Origin: Candidatus Hermodarchaeota archaeon
Lineage (GTDB): Archaea > Asgardarchaeota > Hermodarchaeia > Hermodarchaeales > Hermodarchaeaceae
Reading direction: 5' to 3'
Assembly: GCA_016839805.1 (NCBI GenBank)
Contig: JAEOTO010000007.1
Span: 1 to 64,000, forward strand
Length of the DNA: 64,000 nucleotides
The position numbers were made by a program, and so were the translations under genes. A model generated the notes under the pieces. It was not told the origin of the DNA. It ran no database searches and saw nothing but the letters and a program-made list of their open reading frames with translations. Positions 60,175 through 64,000 of the stretch are shown one piece after another; within the stretch, counting starts at the first letter, position 1, and the number at the start of each line of letters is the position of its first letter.

Positions 60175-61398
60175 TTATATGGTTTCACTTCTTGCAGTCT
60201 CATGGAAAAGTAATGATACAACCAAAGCGATTACATTGAGGACTATCAGCATCATCATGGCCCAGAAGAAGGTCATCATGAAGTCGCTTACGAGGCTCAT
60301 TAGAAGGATAAGTACGATACCGCCAGCTTGACCAAAGATCATTAGAACACCCGCTGATGTGCCTTCAGGGATAGGTTTAGTCATTTCAGCGCCTGCTTGT
60401 AAACCGATGGGAAGGGCTGGCATCAAGAAAAAGCCGAGTAAGAAAGAAGAAACGAGCAGCACCATGTAATCTGAATGATAGGCAAGGAGAAAGGTGAAGG
60501 GAATTGCCATTAGAAGTGAAAGTAGTATGAAAGGTTTCCGACGTTGTATTCTGTCTGAAAGCTCCGGTATAATGACAGCACCGATGATTCCTCCAAAAAT
60601 CATGATGGCACCGACAATGCCTGCTTGTGTCAAATCAACAATTCGTCCGAGGAGTATTTGTTCGATCCAAGTCGCAATACCATTGAAGATACCTAGTCCA
60701 ATGAAGAAGAGCACAATGAGAATAAAGAATTGTTTGATGCCAAAGAGGCGACGTAAACCTGCCATCATTTTCTCATCTTCAGGTTCATCAACCATTGGAG
60801 GAGTTGGGGGGTATTCCTTTGCGAGGAACACAAAAAGAATGGCGGCAACAATGGCAATAGTTGCATAGAGCAGCATCATATTGGTAAATCCAATTGCGAT
60901 GGTTGCGAAGGGAGTGACTAGTAAACCGAGTAAGATTCCAAGAAAAATTGCCATGGTACCCAATCCAGTAGCAAGCCCTCGTTCTTTAACTGGAAACCAG
61001 CGACGAGCAATTTTGGTTGGGCTATTAAACACAAAGGGTTGACCAATAGCAATACCTGCTGAAAAGATTAGAAGAAACAGATAAGTTGGGGAGAAGGCTC
61101 GGAATATGGCAAAGATTGCTGTAATAAATGCACCAACGGCACAGGCATAGCGGAATCCTTTGTTGTCGATTAAATATGCTGAGGGTATTGATACAGGAAT
61201 ATAGACTACCATGAAAATCAAAGAAAGAAATGCAACATCTAGTTCAGTTACCCCAAATAGTATAGCAACGAGTGATGAGATGGGCGCAAAGGTAATCCAA
61301 AGAATTTGTGTAACTGCTGCAATAAACATGAACACTAACAAGACAATCCAACGGTATCCATAGGCTTGTGATTCTTCTGTTGATGGCAAAGAAATCAT
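60175..61398 (-). CDS. MFS transporter (FLVCR-like N-terminus)
   Basis: YRWIVL, W.TFAPI, GQPF, WFPVKER and SDRIQRRKP motifs; about 12 TM segments. Confidence 0.87.
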   Translation of the reverse strand: MISLPSTEESQAYGYRWIVLLVFMFIAAVTQILWITFAPISSLVAILFGVTELDVAFLSLIFMVVYIPVSIPSAYLIDNKGFRYACAVGAFITAIFAIFRAFSPTYLFLLIFSAGIAIGQPFVFNSPTKIARRWFPVKERGLATGLGTMAIFLGILLGLLVTPFATIAIGFTNMMLLYATIAIVAAILFVFLAKEYPPTPPMVDEPEDEKMMAGLRRLFGIKQFFILIVLFFIGLGIFNGIATWIEQILLGRIVDLTQAGIVGAIMIFGGIIGAVIIPELSDRIQRRKPFILLSLLMAIPFTFLLAYHSDYMVLLVSSFLLGFFLMPALPIGLQAGAEMTKPIPEGTSAGVLMIFGQAGGIVLILLMSLVSDFMMTFFWAMMMLIVLNVIALVVSLLFHETARSETI

Positions 61399-61674
61399 TC
61401 CTTAGATGTATTTTTTTTCAAGGTTAATTGTGGAACCCACTAAAACCATATGATAAGTTGTGCTAGTATAAATAGCCAAACATAACAGGGCTAGGAAGTT
61501 CAAAGGAATGATAGTACAATTGCTTCAAGAACAATTTTAACAGCAGCATTCAAAATTTTGAAAAGCAGCAATTGATTCAGGATGGAGTAACTGATGAACT
61601 TTAAGAATCTATATGAAGCCACTTGCTTCTATAAATAGTCCAACGAATGTTACAGCTAAATGGATGTATGAACA

Positions 61675-63369
61675 ATGATTTTGATGAACCCAAGAGAATA
61701 CAAACACACCTTTCCCGACGAACAAACACAACAAATTATGCAAAAAACAATCGCTTATTTCGAAAAACGAGGTAAACAAAAACTCAAAGAAGACGACCAC
61801 AAACGTGAATTTTACACTGATTTTATCGAGTTCCAAAAGAACGAACAAATCTTCTACAATCTACTAACTCCCCCTCAATACAGTGACAAAAAAACACGCT
61901 GGGACATGTGGCGTAACTTTGCTTTTAATGAAATTCTAGCCTTCTACGGCCTCGCCTACTGGTATACCTGGCAAGTTAGTATTCTAGGACTGGGTCCTAT
62001 TTGGATGAGTAAGAACGAGAACCTCAAGAAACAAGCAGCACAGCATCTAAAAGATGGAGCAGTATTCGCTTTCGGACTCTCCGAAAAAACCCATGGTGCA
62101 GATATTTACTCCACTGAAATGACCCTAACACCACAATCTGATGGGAGCTTTCTAGCAAACGGGTCCAAATACTACATTGGTAACGCTAACACAGCACCCA
62201 TGGTCTCCACCTTTGGAAAAATGGCAGACACAAATGACTATGTCTTCTTTGTCGCGGACTACCGCAACCAGAATTATGATCTTGTGAAAAATGTGTGTAA
62301 CAGCCAAAACTTCGTTGCTGAATTCGGTCTCCGAAACTACAAGATAACAAAAAATGAAATTTTATCACAGGGGCAAGACGCTTGGGACTCAGCTCTCAAT
62401 ACTGTCAACGTGGGTAAATACAATCTGGGCGTAGCATCCATTGGCATCTGTACACACGCTCTTTACGAAGCCATCAACCATGCGGCAAATCGACAATTAT
62501 ACGGTATGATGGTTACCGATTTCCCACACGTCAAGCAAATGCTCGTCGATGCTTATACCCGTCTTGTCGCCATGAAACTCTTCGCACTTCGTGCAGTCGA
62601 TTACATGCGCATCGCATCTCCTAACGATCGTCGATACATCCTCTACAATACAATGGTGAAAATGAAAGTCACATTGCAAGGCGAAGAAGTCATCAACCTC
62701 CTCTGGAATATCATTGCAGCCAAAGGCTTCGAAAAAGACACATACTTTGAAATGGCAGCTCGTGACATCCGAGCACTCCCTAAACTCGAAGGCACTGTCC
62801 ATGTCAATTTGGCGCTGGTAGCGAAGTTTATCTTCAATTACTTTTTCAATCCAGCAGAGTACCCTGAAGTTTCACGTCAAGACAACTCACAACATGATGC
62901 CTTCCTCTTTGAACAAGGGCCCACTCGAGGTCTAGGAAAGATTCAATTTCACGACTATAATACCTCATTCAAGGAATATGATTTACCTAACGTGAACATT
63001 TTCCATGAACAAATTAGTGTCTTCAAGGAATTATTGGAAAAAGCAACACCCAACGCAGACCAACAACGCGATACCGATTTCGCCATGGCCTTTACTGAAC
63101 TTTTTGCTCTCATTGTTTATGGACAGCTTATTCTAGAAAACGCGAAAATCTATGAACTTGATGAGGAAACCATTGACCAGATTTTTGATTTCCTCATTCG
63201 CGACTTCTCAAAATATGCCCTTCAGTTATTCAGTAAGTCAAGTATCACTGAAGAACAAGCGACATTCTGTGTGGAAATGTTTCGTAAACCTACACACAAT
63301 CCTACACGGTTTCAGTATGTACTTGACCGAGTCATGGCACTTAATGGCACTTACGAAATGAACAAATGA
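61675..63369 (+). CDS. acyl-CoA dehydrogenase family protein
   Basis: FGLSEKTHGAD, NGSKYYIGN, R.LYG and PKLEGT motifs. Confidence 0.88.
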   Translation: MILMNPREYKHTFPDEQTQQIMQKTIAYFEKRGKQKLKEDDHKREFYTDFIEFQKNEQIFYNLLTPPQYSDKKTRWDMWRNFAFNEILAFYGLAYWYTWQVSILGLGPIWMSKNENLKKQAAQHLKDGAVFAFGLSEKTHGADIYSTEMTLTPQSDGSFLANGSKYYIGNANTAPMVSTFGKMADTNDYVFFVADYRNQNYDLVKNVCNSQNFVAEFGLRNYKITKNEILSQGQDAWDSALNTVNVGKYNLGVASIGICTHALYEAINHAANRQLYGMMVTDFPHVKQMLVDAYTRLVAMKLFALRAVDYMRIASPNDRRYILYNTMVKMKVTLQGEEVINLLWNIIAAKGFEKDTYFEMAARDIRALPKLEGTVHVNLALVAKFIFNYFFNPAEYPEVSRQDNSQHDAFLFEQGPTRGLGKIQFHDYNTSFKEYDLPNVNIFHEQISVFKELLEKATPNADQQRDTDFAMAFTELFALIVYGQLILENAKIYELDEETIDQIFDFLIRDFSKYALQLFSKSSITEEQATFCVEMFRKPTHNPTRFQYVLDRVMALNGTYEMNK

Positions 63370-63374
63370 ACTAA

Positions 63375-63944
63375 CTATTCATTCATTATTCGGTACTCAT
63401 CCACCAGCAGATCCATTATGTACAAATCATAGAATTGGCCAAATCGCTGAATAGCTTCACGTTGACGACCCGTTTCCTTGAAACCTATTTTTTCATAGAC
63501 TCGTTTACCACGGTAGTTGTACTCATAGCAAGTAAGATAGATTCTATGTAAGTTCAGAACATCAAAACCAAAGGTGACTAGGAGACTTACTGCCTCGGTT
63601 CCGAGCCCTTTATTCCAATGTTTCTTATTATGAATTGAGATGCCTAATTCAGCACTTCTATGAATTGCTTTCACTTTATTCAACCCACAAATCCCTAGAA
63701 AGGATTTGGGTTTTTGGAGTTCAATCGCAAATACATAATCAGTGCCTTCACGTCGTTGTCGTGTAAGTTGCTTAATCCATTCTTTCTCTTGCTCTGCTGA
63801 GACTGGTGTGATCGAATGAAGGGCTTGCCGAACTTCAAAATCGTTGAAATACCGGAGTATATCCGGAATATCCTCAAATTCGGGACACCGTAATGTCACT
63901 CGTTCGCCATGAAACATAGGACAAACCAGCTTCTTGGGTTGCAA
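63375..63944 (-). CDS. GNAT family N-acetyltransferase (RimJ/RimL-like)
   Basis: AELGI, WNKGLGTEA, LNLHRI and YEKIGFKETG motifs. Confidence 0.88.
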   Translation of the reverse strand: MQPKKLVCPMFHGERVTLRCPEFEDIPDILRYFNDFEVRQALHSITPVSAEQEKEWIKQLTRQRREGTDYVFAIELQKPKSFLGICGLNKVKAIHRSAELGISIHNKKHWNKGLGTEAVSLLVTFGFDVLNLHRIYLTCYEYNYRGKRVYEKIGFKETGRQREAIQRFGQFYDLYIMDLLVDEYRIMNE

Positions 63945-64000
63945 GTTAATTCACTTTTATTCCTGAAAAGATTTCTATAACACCTTCTTCAAGGTTAATT

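Noticed and set aside
708-63877. Numerous short 60-175 aa ORFs antisense or out of frame to recognised genes
   Set aside because: Shadow ORFs overlapping well-supported CDSs, with no motifs.

Overview
Archaeal chromosomal window (roughly 40-45% GC by eye), most likely from an Asgard archaeon. The evidence is a Rab-like small GTPase, several KaiC/RAD55 ATPases, an Archaeoglobus-type IscS-IscU pair, an exosortase/archaeosortase with IPGF-type C-terminal sorting signals, and many zinc-ribbon membrane proteins. Contents: an ECF transporter; amino-acid and amine metabolism enzymes; a TusA-DsrE-IscS-IscU sulfur cluster; a signalling cluster (response regulator, four KaiC-family ATPases, Rab-like GTPase, 5-PAS histidine kinase); acetyl-CoA synthetase; surface proteins; membrane paralog families; ABC and MFS transporters; two acyl-CoA dehydrogenases. 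The most striking unannotated signal is a degenerate 27-bp site, consensus AATCTGGATAA-N5-TTRTGACACTT. I found 8 copies plus 2 half copies, all in the same orientation, in two clusters (12.96-16.72 kb and 40.27-43.46 kb). The copies bound single genes or small modules, like recombination sites of a gene-cassette array, but no recombinase is visible in the window. A GC-rich candidate ncRNA with its own TATA-like box lies at about 54.28-54.37 kb. No rRNA, tRNA, CRISPR array or transposase was recognised. All calls come from motif reading by eye; no database searches were run.
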